The notes under the pieces were generated by a model. That model did no database searches. It was not told the DNA's origin and worked only from the letters and a program-made list of their open reading frames with translations. A stretch of 64,000 nt of DNA from Trichormus sp. ATA11-4-KO1 (lineage in GTDB: Bacteria; Cyanobacteriota; Cyanobacteriia; Cyanobacteriales; Nostocaceae): NCBI GenBank assembly GCA_019358915.1, contig JAHHIM010000065.1, positions 96,001 to 160,000 of the forward strand. Direction: 5' to 3'. Within the stretch, counting starts at the first letter, position 1, and the number at the start of each line of letters is the position of its first letter. Positions 10,337 to 21,387 of the stretch are shown here, in pieces. A program made the translations under genes and the position numbers.

Positions 10337-10834
10337 TTAAGCAGGAATGAAGTTCATCGCTACACCGTTCATACAATAGCGCTTACCAGTGGGGGCTGGG
10401 CCATCATTAAATACATGACCGAGATGTCCACCACAGCGACTGCAATGTACTTCTGTTCTGGTCATAAAAAATGACCGATCTACAGTAGTTGCGACCGCGC
10501 CTTCTATGGGTTGATAAAAGCTAGGCCAACCAGTACCACTGTTAAATTTGGTCTCAGAGGTAAACAGTGGTTGTCCACAGCCAGCACATACAAAAGTACC
10601 TTCAGCAGATTGTTTATCAAGTGGGCTGGTGAAGGCGCGTTCAGTTCCATGTTTGCGTAATACGCGAAACTGTTCTGGTGTCAATGTTTTCTGCCATTCT
10701 GCTTCAGTTTTGGTGACTTCAAAGCCACTGTGAGAAATTGTCATGATTTCTGATCCCTGGTTGAGATAACGTGATAATAATGCTGTGCCAACGATGACGG
10801 CACTAGCTTCTAAAAAATAGCGTTTGTTCATCAT
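10337..10834 (-). CDS. msrB: peptide-methionine (R)-S-oxide reductase with Tat-like signal
   Basis: GTERAF, CxxC x2, SGTGWPSF, HLGHVFNDGP, RYCMN; N-terminal KRYFL + hydrophobic stretch. Confidence 0.95.
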   Translation of the reverse strand: MMNKRYFLEASAVIVGTALLSRYLNQGSEIMTISHSGFEVTKTEAEWQKTLTPEQFRVLRKHGTERAFTSPLDKQSAEGTFVCAGCGQPLFTSETKFNSGTGWPSFYQPIEGAVATTVDRSFFMTRTEVHCSRCGGHLGHVFNDGPAPTGKRYCMNGVAMNFIPA

Positions 10835-10993
10835 TTATATTTTAAAGTCCTATATCCAATCCGTAGGGCAACAAAAGTCGAATTTACCCTACTTGCCTTT
10901 TCTGTTCTCGGTAATAGGTAGAAAGCGATCGCCTTTATACCAATGAAGGAATATTAGGTGAGAAGTTGAAAATTTAGCGTTTTTGTTGAAACA

Positions 10994-13900
10994 TTACAAA
11001 CAAAGTTGAGACTCTTCTGTCGTCAGATTAGGGTTAGTTTGAAGATAATTATGCAGGCGATCGCAAGCATGGTTCAGCAACTGATTGAGATCCAATGTTT
11101 GCAGTTCTATCTCCTCCAGGTTCCACAGTTTAATTGTGGCATCCTGACCACCGGAAACTAGCATTTTGCTGTCGGGACTAAAACTCACACTTTTGACACC
11201 GCCGTTATGCCCTGGGAAGGTTTTGAGCAAAATACCACTGGCAACACTCCAAAGTTTGATGGTATTGTCATCGCTAGCTGAGGCGATCATTTGACCATTG
11301 GGTGAAAAAGTGACATTAGCCACCAAATCATTATGTCCCTGGAAATTTTGCAGTAGTGAACCATCCAGTCCCCAGAGTTTCACAGTTCTGTCCTGACTAG
11401 CTGAAGCGATAGTTTTACCATCGGGAGCAAAATTAATACTCCACACACTGGCGCTATGTCCTGGAAAAGTTATCAGCAGGCGACCGTCTCGGCTCCAGAG
11501 TTTGATGGTTTTGTCTGCACTGGCGGAGGCGATAGTTTTGCCATCTGGGCTGAATTTAATGTCAGTCACCCAACCGTTATGACCTGAGAGAGTTGTCAGC
11601 AGGCGACCGTCTCGGCTCCAGAGTTTAATAGTTCTGTCTGCACTAGCAGAAGCCAGAATCTGACCATCAAGGCTGAAACTCATACTAGTTACCCAATGGT
11701 TATGTCCCTGGAGAATGTGCAGCAAAGTACCCTCACGTTTGCGAATCTGGATAGTCTGGTCTGCACTGGCCAAGGCAACTGTATTGCCATCGGCAGTAAA
11801 GCTAATGCTGGTAACATTATCGATGGGGGAAGGCAGTGTTTTGAGCAACTGACCGTGCAAATTCCAGAGTTTCATAGTGTTGTCAGCACTGAGAGAAGCA
11901 ATGGTATAACCATCAGCAACGAAGCTGACATTATTGACACTGGCTGTATGCCCGTAAAAAGTTTTGGGTAACGTTTGTTCTAGTTTCCACAATCGGATAG
12001 TATTGTCATCACTAGCCGAGGCAATTTCCTGGCTGTCTGGGCTAAAACTTAGACTATTGACCTCATGGCTATGTCCTTGCAGGATACCTAACAAGTTACC
12101 TGCACGAGTCCAAAGTTTGATAGTTTTGTCAGCACTGGCTGAGGCCATAATCTTACCATCGGGCGAGAACCTGACCTGCCAAACACCAGCACCATGCCCT
12201 GCTAAAGTTTTGAGCAAAGTACCGTCACGACTCCAGAGTTTAATGGTATTGTCGGCACTAGCTGAAGCTATTGTCTGGCCATCAGGACTAAATGTGACAT
12301 CTAAAACCTCTCTAGTATTGGCTGGCAAGGTTGTTAATAACTGACCATCCAAACTCCAAAGTTTAATTGTGCCATCATCACTAGCGGAGGCAATGGTATC
12401 ACCTTCTGGTGAGAAACTGACGCTGTTGACACTCCGGCTATGCCCGATGAATATTTTGAGTAACTTGCCGTCGCGACTCCAAAGTCTGGCATTGTTGTCA
12501 TTACTACCAGTGACCAACATTCGCCCATCTGGTGAAAATCTGACGCTATTCACACCATGAATAGGCCCTATAAGAGTTTTGAGTAACTTGCCATCACGAT
12601 TCCAGAGTTTGATAGTCTTGTCACTACTAGCAGAGGCGAGCATCTGACCATCTGGTGAGAAACTGACGCTATTCACACCATCGTTATGTTCTGTGAGAGT
12701 TGCGAGTAACTTGCCATCACGACTCCAAAGTTGGATGCTGTTGTCAGCATTAGCCGCAGCCAAAATTTGACCATCTGGTGAGAAATTGACGCTGCTGACC
12801 CAAGAATTATGAATTAAACGGTTGCGTTCTTGAGTTCCATAAACTGCCTGCTGGAGGATAGTTGCAGTTTGAGTTTGGATATTTGCTGGAACTCCCGGAG
12901 TAATTTTCTGTAATTCTCTTCCCGCTTTGACGCTAGTTAGTAATGCTTCTAACTGCTGATGGGAGAGGAGAAAGTTTTCTGACAAGGAATTTAAAGCCTG
13001 TATCTCTCGGAACTGAGCTTTTTGGGTTTGTTGGTAAGCTAACACAGCTAAACTGAAAGCAGTCAGTCCGAGAATACTGATAATTGCTACAGTTCTTTGT
13101 GCTTGCCTGAGTCTATTTTTTTCTTTTTGTTGTTGTCGTTGTCTTTCTAGTAAACAAGCTGCAATAAAACGTTGGACATCAAAAGAAAGTTCATCAGTGT
13201 AATTAACGTAAATTTCCTCGGCTTCGGCAAGGCGAACACCTGGCAATAAAAAATCAGGTTGTTCATCATTATGCTTCCACAAAGCTGCTGCTTGCTCAAT
13301 TTGACGATGCGATCGCAGCCTAGCACGACTTTCTTCTAGCCACCAGCGCAATGTTGACCAGTAACGAATTAAAACTTCATGGGCTACTTCTATGGTGATC
13401 TCCTGGGGGGATGGGGGAGTGAGGGAGTGAGGGAGTGAGGGAGTATTTTTTTTGTCCCCTTGTCCCCTTGTCCCCCTATCCCCTTGTCCCCTCATCCCCC
13501 CAACAACACCTGCATTTTCTTCTAAATTGACGACTATCAGCTTGGCAGCAATTAATACTTGCAATGTTCTTTCTACCAAAGCAACCGGATATTTTCTGAC
13601 AATTAACTCAGATTTGAGTACCCGTCTTCTAGTATCTTCCGTACCTTCACCCAACTGCGTCAGCGACAAAAAAATCCAACGGGCACAATCTTGAGCTTCT
13701 GGATCTAAACTGTCATAAACTGCTTGGGCTTTACTCTCCAGTGCCCCTTTAATCCCACCTAAGTGCTGCTGATATGCTTGTAAGGTAATTACACCATTTT
13801 CACGGTATTCCCACAGTTGCTCTAAAACAAATTCTAACAGTGGTAAGTCTCCCGGAGACTGGTGTAACTCCTGCACCAGCACCTCTACTAATTCTGACTC

Positions 13901-16177
13901 GACTGTTAATCCCACTTGTTCGGCGGGGTTAATAATAGTGCGGCGATACTCTTCTTCAGTTAAGCAGGGAGGTAACAGCACACTCGACTGCTGCAACAGC
14001 TTCGCCAATGTCGGTACTTCTAAACAAGCGGCGATAAAGTCTGCCCGCAAAGTAATGATTAATTTAAACTTGTCTGGTGCGTACTCTAGCGCCCCTAAGA
14101 CAATTTCTAAAAAATTCTGTCTATCTTGACTGGGAGCAAGGGTAAATAATTCTTCAAATTGATCTACTACCAAAACTACAATTGCTTCTGGGCGATTACG
14201 TAACCAGTTAGCGAATCCTTCTACCCCCTGATGTAACATCCCTTCTAGCTGCATTTGCTGGTATGCTTTTTCTCGCTCAGTACCGCTATCTACTAGGCGG
14301 CGCGATAAAGCTTCTAGGGGATTTGCACCGGGGCGCACACTTCTCATCCACCAATCTTGGCTACCTGGTAATAATTTGCCACGTCGTAGGTGAGCAACTA
14401 ATCCGGCTTGCACTACAGATGATTTTCCACTACCAGAGGCTCCCACAACTGCAATAAATGGCTTCAGTGTTAAGTCACTAATGAGTTGCTGGACAACGGT
14501 TTCTCTACCGTAGAAATACTGTGCATCTTCTTCTGCAAAAGCGCGTAATCCCCGGTAAGGGCAAAGCCCTAAATCAATAGCTGCTGTTGACTTAACGCCT
14601 CTATTACTAGAACTGGCAGGTATAACTTCAATTACGCCCTGTGTACCAGATAGCCAGATATGCAACGGCAATTCATGATTACAGGATAATTGCAATTGGG
14701 TAATCCAAGCGGCTGCTGTCAAACTAGGTTGTTGCTGGGCTATTTGCAAGGTAGAGTGTAGGGTTTGGGCAAATTGTTCGGGATTGTCTTTGGGGGAGGC
14801 AGCAGCAATTATACATTGCCCTTGCTCAAATCCTAGTTGCAAATCTTCGACCCAATCTTGTAGAGGTGCATAGTTATTTGACCCCACAGGACAATCTAAG
14901 ATGATAATTTGTTGGGCATAAGTTGAACGTCGTAGCTGTTGCCTTAACCAGGAACGACTTAGCCGGATATTTTCTGCCAAAACTAAGGCAGGTTCACCAG
15001 TTTCAGTTTCCTCAAGTCGGCCACGTAAATATAAAAGTACTGTGGCCAAAATTTTGGGATTGTTTTGGGGAACTGATTCTGTACTTTGTAAACAAGTTTG
15101 AATAGTAGCGTGTAAATCTTCGGTGGTGGTGTTTGGCGATCGCGGCCAATATTCTAATTCAAAACCACCGACACCTCGTAATAATTTACTAAAAGCGAGA
15201 GTAGTCTGATTAGTAGCTAGTCCCTCTAAAATTAGTGCTTGTCGGGGAGAGGACGATTCGACAATTGCTGGTTTTAATCCCAGAATTACTTCGCCTACTC
15301 CTTCGACAATCCGCTTGGGTGTTTGCTGCGGATATTCAGAATAAAGCTGAGTATCGCCTCTACTTTTGTTTTGCTGATTAATCAGCCGTAATTGCTGGTT
15401 GGTTTGCTCAATGTATTGTCGCGTTTGATGATAAACATATCGATAAAGTCCATCAGCATCAATCAAACCCTGGGGATCAGCCGCTTCACCTCGCAACCCA
15501 CGCATCAAGTAATAAGTAAATACTCCATGTCCCAATTCGGGAAATTCCCAGGATTGTTGATTGGTATCACAGGAAAGTAAGGCATAGAATCCTTTACTTT
15601 GTTTGGCGCGTTGGCGTAATAATTCCACCATTTGGGGTGTGGGGTTGGGCAAAGCTGGGGCTGTGGTATTACTTCTGGCTCCTCGGAATGTTAAGCTACC
15701 GCTATGACAAGCATCCAGCCACACTAACTGAGTTTGCGCCTCACTATTTCCCAATAACTGCAAAAGTTCTTGTAATCCTAAACCTGTATTGAGTAAGTCG
15801 TTTGTTTGAGTATCTGCTAGACATAAAAACGCTTGCTGCGTATTTGGCTCTAGCATCCCATGTCCAGAAAAATAAAATAAAATCGTATCCGGTGGTTGAG
15901 CAGCTGTAGTAATTTGCTGTAAGCTGGCACGCACTGTAGAGAGGGTAGGCGGCTGAGAAGTCAAATCGTGGTGAACCCGTTTCTCTGTTTGGGGAAATCC
16001 TTGGGTTGCGTCTGCTAAAGCTGCGGCTAAACCCTGACAATCCACAGATGAGTAGCGCAGTGAGGGTAGTTTCTCATCTTGGTATTGGTTGACTCCCACC
16101 AGCAATAGCCAAAATTGTGCCTCTCCTATTTCTAGGACATGGGTTAAGTGACTGGTAGCGACACCGAGTGGACACAT
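10994..16177 (-). CDS. caspase-like (C14) peptidase - STAND (nSTAND1-type) NTPase - TM - WD40 repeat protein
   Basis: YFSGHG and LDACHSG dyad, CPYRGL, Walker [10 protein letters not shown], Walker B VVDQFEE, EVAHEVL, one TM helix, about 14 WD40 repeats. Confidence 0.9.
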   Translation of the reverse strand: MCPLGVATSHLTHVLEIGEAQFWLLLVGVNQYQDEKLPSLRYSSVDCQGLAAALADATQGFPQTEKRVHHDLTSQPPTLSTVRASLQQITTAAQPPDTILFYFSGHGMLEPNTQQAFLCLADTQTNDLLNTGLGLQELLQLLGNSEAQTQLVWLDACHSGSLTFRGARSNTTAPALPNPTPQMVELLRQRAKQSKGFYALLSCDTNQQSWEFPELGHGVFTYYLMRGLRGEAADPQGLIDADGLYRYVYHQTRQYIEQTNQQLRLINQQNKSRGDTQLYSEYPQQTPKRIVEGVGEVILGLKPAIVESSSPRQALILEGLATNQTTLAFSKLLRGVGGFELEYWPRSPNTTTEDLHATIQTCLQSTESVPQNNPKILATVLLYLRGRLEETETGEPALVLAENIRLSRSWLRQQLRRSTYAQQIIILDCPVGSNNYAPLQDWVEDLQLGFEQGQCIIAAASPKDNPEQFAQTLHSTLQIAQQQPSLTAAAWITQLQLSCNHELPLHIWLSGTQGVIEVIPASSSNRGVKSTAAIDLGLCPYRGLRAFAEEDAQYFYGRETVVQQLISDLTLKPFIAVVGASGSGKSSVVQAGLVAHLRRGKLLPGSQDWWMRSVRPGANPLEALSRRLVDSGTEREKAYQQMQLEGMLHQGVEGFANWLRNRPEAIVVLVVDQFEELFTLAPSQDRQNFLEIVLGALEYAPDKFKLIITLRADFIAACLEVPTLAKLLQQSSVLLPPCLTEEEYRRTIINPAEQVGLTVESELVEVLVQELHQSPGDLPLLEFVLEQLWEYRENGVITLQAYQQHLGGIKGALESKAQAVYDSLDPEAQDCARWIFLSLTQLGEGTEDTRRRVLKSELIVRKYPVALVERTLQVLIAAKLIVVNLEENAGVVGGMRGQGDRGTRGQGDKKNTPSLPHSLTPPSPQEITIEVAHEVLIRYWSTLRWWLEESRARLRSHRQIEQAAALWKHNDEQPDFLLPGVRLAEAEEIYVNYTDELSFDVQRFIAACLLERQRQQQKEKNRLRQAQRTVAIISILGLTAFSLAVLAYQQTQKAQFREIQALNSLSENFLLSHQQLEALLTSVKAGRELQKITPGVPANIQTQTATILQQAVYGTQERNRLIHNSWVSSVNFSPDGQILAAANADNSIQLWSRDGKLLATLTEHNDGVNSVSFSPDGQMLASASSDKTIKLWNRDGKLLKTLIGPIHGVNSVRFSPDGRMLVTGSNDNNARLWSRDGKLLKIFIGHSRSVNSVSFSPEGDTIASASDDGTIKLWSLDGQLLTTLPANTREVLDVTFSPDGQTIASASADNTIKLWSRDGTLLKTLAGHGAGVWQVRFSPDGKIMASASADKTIKLWTRAGNLLGILQGHSHEVNSLSFSPDSQEIASASDDNTIRLWKLEQTLPKTFYGHTASVNNVSFVADGYTIASLSADNTMKLWNLHGQLLKTLPSPIDNVTSISFTADGNTVALASADQTIQIRKREGTLLHILQGHNHWVTSMSFSLDGQILASASADRTIKLWSRDGRLLTTLSGHNGWVTDIKFSPDGKTIASASADKTIKLWSRDGRLLITFPGHSASVWSINFAPDGKTIASASQDRTVKLWGLDGSLLQNFQGHNDLVANVTFSPNGQMIASASDDNTIKLWSVASGILLKTFPGHNGGVKSVSFSPDSKMLVSGGQDATIKLWNLEEIELQTLDLNQLLNHACDRLHNYLQTNPNLTTEESQLCL
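13404..13502. repeat. STRR-type short tandem repeats inside the caspase/STAND gene (in frame)
   Basis: (GGGAGTGA)n and (TGTCCCCT)n arrays, translated as [32 protein letters not shown]. Confidence 0.8.
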
Positions 16178-17189
16178 TTTAAAAATGGTTAATCAGTAAG
16201 GTCTAAAATCTGGATGAAATTAAAATCTTCGGCACTGTAATTTAGATGTGGTTGGCACAGTGACGATTTTAGGGTTGCATGAGTTGTGTGCGATCGCGTC
16301 ATAAAAACGGGCGATCGCCAGCCGCAAAAGCTCTTTTTTCCATCAACACCCAAAGACCATCTTGACATATTGTGGTATTCGCCAGGCTAAGTTCTAGTAC
16401 AACTAGACGACCATCTCAGAATTACAGTTCCATTATCCTGCCCCAGCAGAGGGCATTCTATTGTTGGGGTTAGGCTATCCGTGGGTTATGGTATTAGCAC
16501 CTTATATTAAGGTTACACAACTAGCAGTCGATTTTAAAAATATACTTGCCAATATTCTGTTCATCTTAATACCTATCGATGAATTATTAAAGTGTTCTGG
16601 TTGATTTATTTTGTGGGTTTGCTGCCGTTATTTTATGCAGTTTTATGCCTAGAAAAAGTAAGTAAACCTCATGATTTGCTACATTTATAGGGCAAAAATC
16701 ATAAGTTAATATTACTTGTATAAGCAAATAAATTAAAAAAACGCCAATTTGGCGACATCTATTAGATGATCTTTGTTAGAGTATTAATTGTAAAAGACTT
16801 GTGGGCTTTATAGTCCAAGGTTTACTACACTTCAAGAGCGTTTATTAGGGTACTAATTCTCTTAGTTCTGCTAATTATGCTCTGTGAATTGAAGATTGCT
16901 ACTGTTTTAATTGTAGTGATCTCCAGAATCCCTTCTTCTCGCAAAAGGGACAAGTAGAATCATAAGTCCTTGTTGATTTACTCCTATCCATACCTCGTTC
17001 ATTATGACATGGGCGAGGTATTTTTCATTTCATACCTATTCAAGTAATAGGTGTAACCATCTTGTGAGAAACAAACCGCCTTCTCTTACGAGCTAGCTGC
17101 AAGGGCAGTAATTGAGACGCAAAGTCTGCCATAAAAAAGACATTTATTGAATTTGACACAAACCCTAAGTAGATTTCAATGTTATTATT

Positions 17190-17287
17190 GTCGAGTTTAC
17201 CGAACCACAAATATTCATTTTTCCGTACATCTGATTGGTTAATATCTCGGTTCGGTAATCATCATAGTTGAGTGCTAAAAACCGAAC
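17190..17287 (+). promoter_or_regulatory. K-box-like motifs and degenerate CIRCE upstream of hsp20
   Basis: GTTCGG/CCGAAC-based 16-mers at 17190-17205, 17250-17265, 17272-17287; TCGGTAATC-N9-GAGTGCTAA at 17252-17278 (right arm identical to CIRCE). Confidence 0.55.
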
Positions 17288-17372
17288 TTACACGAGTTTT
17301 ATTTCTGAATATTATAAGAGCATCAAACCTAACTTAAACGGCATAAATACTCAAGAATTCAGAGGTGGAAAC

Positions 17373-17822
17373 ATGACACTAGTACGTTGGAACCCCTGGC
17401 AAGAAATTAACAATTTACAACGCCAAATTAATCGGTTGTTTGATGAAGATATGCTACCAGCAACGTTTGCAGAAAGAAACTTAACTAGATTTCCTGCTGC
17501 TGAGTTACAAGAGACTGAAGAGGCAATTCACCTGAAGCTAGAACTTCCGGGAATGGAAGCTAAAGACTTAGATATACAGGTTACAGAAAAAGCTGTTTAC
17601 ATTAGTGGTGAACGTAAATCGGAAAGCAAAACCGAAGATAAAGGTGTGATCAAAAGCGAATTCAACTATGGCAAGTTCCAACGTGTGATTCCTTTATCTA
17701 CTCGAGTTCAAAATACCAATGTTAAGGCAGAATATAAAAATGGAATTTTGACTTTAATGCTACCTAAGGCTGAAGAAGAAAAGAATAAAGTCGTCAAAGT
17801 CAATCTCCAATCAGCCAACTGA
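17373..17822 (+). CDS. small heat-shock protein Hsp20/alpha-crystallin
   Basis: MTLVRWNPWQEI, ELPGM, SEFNYGKFQRVIPL, AEYKNGILTL; RBS GAGGTG before ATG 17373. Confidence 0.95.
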   Translation: MTLVRWNPWQEINNLQRQINRLFDEDMLPATFAERNLTRFPAAELQETEEAIHLKLELPGMEAKDLDIQVTEKAVYISGERKSESKTEDKGVIKSEFNYGKFQRVIPLSTRVQNTNVKAEYKNGILTLMLPKAEEEKNKVVKVNLQSAN

Positions 17823-17880
17823 TATAGCTTTACTGAAGCTAGCTAATTGCTAATGAGATAGATGGGTCTATCAGTGATAC

Positions 17881-17915
17881 AAAGCCCGTTGCTAGGAATT
17901 AGGACGGGCTTTTTT
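17881..17915 (+). terminator. intrinsic terminator after hsp20
   Basis: AAAGCCCGT...ACGGGCTTT followed by T tract. Confidence 0.65.
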
Positions 17916-18046
17916 ATCTGGTACTAAGAGTAATAAAGTCGGCGATCGCTGCTGTAAATCCCGCAAATGAATTATAATTTTTGGACACGATTGAGACGTT
18001 TAAGACTTTTCTTCCTCGGTAGAAACATAGTTAATATAGTTACAGG

Positions 18047-18766
18047 TTGTCAAGAATCAAAGGACTTAATGTGTTATCAAGTTCCCGAGCCGCAATTTTT
18101 GACATGGATGGACTGCTGTTTGATACGGAAAGTATTGCGCGATGGGCGTGGAAGCAGTCCCTAAAAAATCATGGCTATACAATGAGCGATGATTTATACA
18201 TCGAGTTTATTGGTCGAGACTTGTCATGGCGGGAAAAGTTACTCAAAAAAATATACGGAGCTAGCCTACCTTTTGAGTCTGTGACAGTGCAACGTATCGA
18301 AATAGGTGATGAGCGAGAATTGCGAGAAGGTTTGCCAATAAAACCTGGTGTCTTAGATTTGCTTCATCAACTAAGTAACCTGGGAGTAATTATGGGATTA
18401 GCAACTGGGACTGCTCGAACTAGAGCTATCCGACGTTTAACTAATGCTGGTATTCAACAATACTTCACCACAATTGTCACCAGTGAAGATGTTGCTGAGG
18501 GGAAACCTGCACCTGATATTTTTTTGGAAGCCAGCCGCCGCATGAACATTGCTCCTTTACAGTGTGTGGTTTTTGAAGACTCATCTGTAGGTGTGGAAGC
18601 AGCTTTTCGAGCGGGAATGTGTCCAATTATGGTTCCTGATATAGAACAGCCATCTCCGGAAATCAAAGGTTCGGCTTACCGAGTATTGAATTCTTTAGAA
18701 CAAGCAAGCGAATTATTAGCAGAATTATTTGGGGAAACAATCACACAAGAATCATTTCACCCATGA
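18047..18766 (+). CDS. HAD-family phosphatase (start uncertain)
   Basis: FDMDGLLFDTE motif I, GKPAPDIF, VFEDS. Confidence 0.9.
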   Translation: MSRIKGLNVLSSSRAAIFDMDGLLFDTESIARWAWKQSLKNHGYTMSDDLYIEFIGRDLSWREKLLKKIYGASLPFESVTVQRIEIGDERELREGLPIKPGVLDLLHQLSNLGVIMGLATGTARTRAIRRLTNAGIQQYFTTIVTSEDVAEGKPAPDIFLEASRRMNIAPLQCVVFEDSSVGVEAAFRAGMCPIMVPDIEQPSPEIKGSAYRVLNSLEQASELLAELFGETITQESFHP

Positions 18767-18941
18767 TGGTAGTCAGCCCAGATTTTTTAGTAAAGTCTTA
18801 TGTACCCGTATCAGATGGACTCGCATTGTAGTTGCACAAGGCAGGCGATCGCCTTCTCCATCAGCTGGTATTATCTCTGTACGAAAAGCATGTTGACTGA
18901 TCAAGGGCTGTACTTTATTTAGTTCACACAAGGGGTAAAGA

Positions 18942-19151
18942 ATGAAAGTTAGTGCTCGTAATGCTCTCAAAGGAAAGGTGAAGCAAGTTACACCTGGAGC
19001 TATCAATGCCGAAATCGTGATTGAAATTGCGCCCGGAGTTGAAGTTACTTCGATCATTACCAAGTCTTCCTACGAAAGCCTGGGTTTAGAAGTAGGTAAA
19101 GAAGTGTATGCAATCGTCAAATCAACTGATGTTTTGATTGGTATTGACTAA
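18942..19151 (+). CDS. mop: molybdate-binding TOBE protein (molbindin)
   Basis: MKVSARNALKGKV..TSIITKSS..LGLEVG..AIVKSTDV, 69 aa. Confidence 0.92.
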   Translation: MKVSARNALKGKVKQVTPGAINAEIVIEIAPGVEVTSIITKSSYESLGLEVGKEVYAIVKSTDVLIGID

Positions 19152-19537
19152 AATCCCAGGATTAGACATAAACAGTCAATAGTTAAAAGTTTGTAGTGAG
19201 GGCTTTAGCCCTCTCTCCCCTGCGGTATGATATGCCAACAAAAATTTAATTATTTACGCCGTTTTACTTCAGTAATTTCATCATGTCTTTAATCAATCTT
19301 TAATTTATCTATCAGTGATTACCGTTACTATGTATTTTAGTAAGCTGTAATTTCATTTTATAGAGATATACAGATACACACAGGTAAAAGTTAATATATA
19401 TCCTGAAATTAAAAAAATTGCATAATTCAACTTTGTTGCTTCAACAAATATGAAGCACCTAAGTAATTATCCAGATTCAAGATGAATGAGCAAAGGTTGC
19501 ACTACCCAGTTTTACACAGAGTCTGGGCAGTTTATTC

Positions 19538-20152
19538 ATGAACATATATAAGACTACAGGACAAGTCGGAGAGCAAGATATCATGAAGAATGGCTGGAGG
19601 CGTTGGGTTAGGACTGTTAACTTAAGTTTGATAAAATTAATGCCAACGTTGCTATTTTTAGCATTTTCTCATCGGGCGATCGCTGAAGACCCGGGATCAT
19701 GTTTCATGATTACCTCTTCCGGCAGAAGAATTGGATTAGGAACACTGTGCGCTACGAAAAAGATACCGTCTCACAACAATAATAACCAAGTTTTTCGGGT
19801 TCCCATCAAACGCCGCCTTGGTAGAACCCCTGTAATTGATGTCACCTTCAATGACAAAAAAACTTTTGAGATGATTGTAGATACAGGGGCCCACGGTACT
19901 TTGATTACTTCAGGTATGGCAAGTACCCTGAAACTCCAGGCTACAGGGATGATGCAAGCCCAAATTGCTGATGGTACTCAAGTCCAATTCCCCACAGGTA
20001 AGGTCATGTCTATGGCAGCTGGTGGAGTTGTGGCTAACAATTTAGAGGTGGCGATCGCGCCAAAAGCTGGTATTGGACTACTCGGCCATGATTTTTTTGG
20101 TAATTACGATATCAAAATTCTGGAAAAAGAGGTGGAGTTTCATACCCGCTAA
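19538..20152 (+). CDS. retropepsin-like aspartic protease, probably secreted
   Basis: MIVDTGA catalytic motif, GLLGHDFF, N-terminal hydrophobic segment and CFMITSSG..LGTLC; true start may be downstream. Confidence 0.85.
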   Translation: MNIYKTTGQVGEQDIMKNGWRRWVRTVNLSLIKLMPTLLFLAFSHRAIAEDPGSCFMITSSGRRIGLGTLCATKKIPSHNNNNQVFRVPIKRRLGRTPVIDVTFNDKKTFEMIVDTGAHGTLITSGMASTLKLQATGMMQAQIADGTQVQFPTGKVMSMAAGGVVANNLEVAIAPKAGIGLLGHDFFGNYDIKILEKEVEFHTR

Positions 20153-20180
20153 TTCTCCATGAAGATTAATTATTGGTGAG

Positions 20181-20219
20181 AAAAGCATGAAAATTATCTT
20201 AGAGTAATTTCATGCTTTT
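20181..20219 (+). terminator. hairpin/terminator
   Basis: AAAAGCATGAAAATTA...TAATTTCATGCTTTT. Confidence 0.55.
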
Positions 20220-20420
20220 ATTATTTGTTATTTAAATTCACCTCATTTTTTAACTAATTTTTTAGTAGATAATTGCTGTATGGTGGCTTCCCGCAGGGCA
20301 TAACGCATGGTTTGGATGATTATCTGACAAGCTCGTGGTTAATAAATTGAATTGAACGCTGTTTCAGTTCACGTATGAGCGGGAAGAAACTCCACTATTA
20401 ACATATATAAAAGAGTCACC

Positions 20421-21371
20421 ATGAATACAGTAAAACAGCCTTTAAGTGCCAAATTTCACAAGCCACATAAAAGTTTATTTAGCCATTGGCATGAAACAAG
20501 CTGGATTAGAAGTAAACCCATACGCCAGGATGCTATTTCTGGGCTACCTTTTTCTCCAGAGTTAGTACCATTAGCATCTCATCCGCAAATTGTGGTAGAT
20601 TACCAGCGTTGGATAACTGTTCTTGGCTATCATCTGTTAGCTCATCTGCAATTTACTACACTGTTAGAGCTAAGCCACGTTAATCCTGTTTGTAGTGCTT
20701 TAGCGCAAGGGAAAGCACCGATTCTTCTCAGCGCTCAACAACGTAATGATGCTCTGAAAATCTACTGTGATGAAGGTGGTCATGCTTTGTTTGTAGAGGA
20801 TTTTTCCCATCAAGTAGAAGAGGCATTTGCTCTCAATCGTTCTGTGGTTGGTCGTCCCAGTTTTGAACGGGTAATTGAAAAGATAATTGCCGAAAATCAA
20901 ACACAATTATCATCCGACTTGATTAAGCTATTTTTTGTGACAATCTCAGAAACTTTGGTCACCAAAGTGCTGAAAAATATTCCCCATGACCCAGAAGTTG
21001 CGTCTGTTGTACGGGAAGTTATTAATGATCATGCTGTTGATGAAGCATTACACAGCGCTTATTTCCGTAATTTGTTTCCCTTGCTGTGGGCGCGTCTCTC
21101 CGCTTACGAAAAAGAAAAAATGTTACAAATTTTACCCAAGTTAGTCTGGGCTTTTCTCGGTCCAGATCGTCAGCTTGAGTACAGTATTGTCAGACGCTTA
21201 GGCTTTAATGCCCCAGATGCAGAGGGGATTTTACAAGAAGTATATATACCTGAACAAGTCGCACTTTCAGTAAAACAGGCAGCTAGTCCCACCTTAAAAA
21301 TGTTTGAAGCGGCAGGTGTGTTGAATATTCCCTCGGCTTCCCAAATATTTGCAGATTATCAGCTCATTTAA
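20421..21371 (+). CDS. AurF-like ferritin-fold diiron oxygenase (N-oxygenase family)
   Basis: LLE...DEGGH...ISE...HAVDEALH, the E/DExxH/E/HxxDExxH ligand pattern. Confidence 0.85.
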   Translation: MNTVKQPLSAKFHKPHKSLFSHWHETSWIRSKPIRQDAISGLPFSPELVPLASHPQIVVDYQRWITVLGYHLLAHLQFTTLLELSHVNPVCSALAQGKAPILLSAQQRNDALKIYCDEGGHALFVEDFSHQVEEAFALNRSVVGRPSFERVIEKIIAENQTQLSSDLIKLFFVTISETLVTKVLKNIPHDPEVASVVREVINDHAVDEALHSAYFRNLFPLLWARLSAYEKEKMLQILPKLVWAFLGPDRQLEYSIVRRLGFNAPDAEGILQEVYIPEQVALSVKQAASPTLKMFEAAGVLNIPSASQIFADYQLI

Positions 21372-21387
21372 CAAAGATTATTTGACC

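Noticed and set aside
16200..17180. 1-kb ORF-free intergenic region with a hairpin at about 16991-17020
   Set aside because: AT-rich divergent promoter region; no supportable RNA family or pseudogene recognised
18770..18940. Possible Moco riboswitch upstream of mop
   Set aside because: Could not identify the conserved stems by eye; an Infernal search would be needed
20421..21371. CylC-type dimetal halogenase interpretation of the diiron protein
   Set aside because: Full AurF-type ligand set retained, and no ACP/fatty acyl-AMP ligase neighbours
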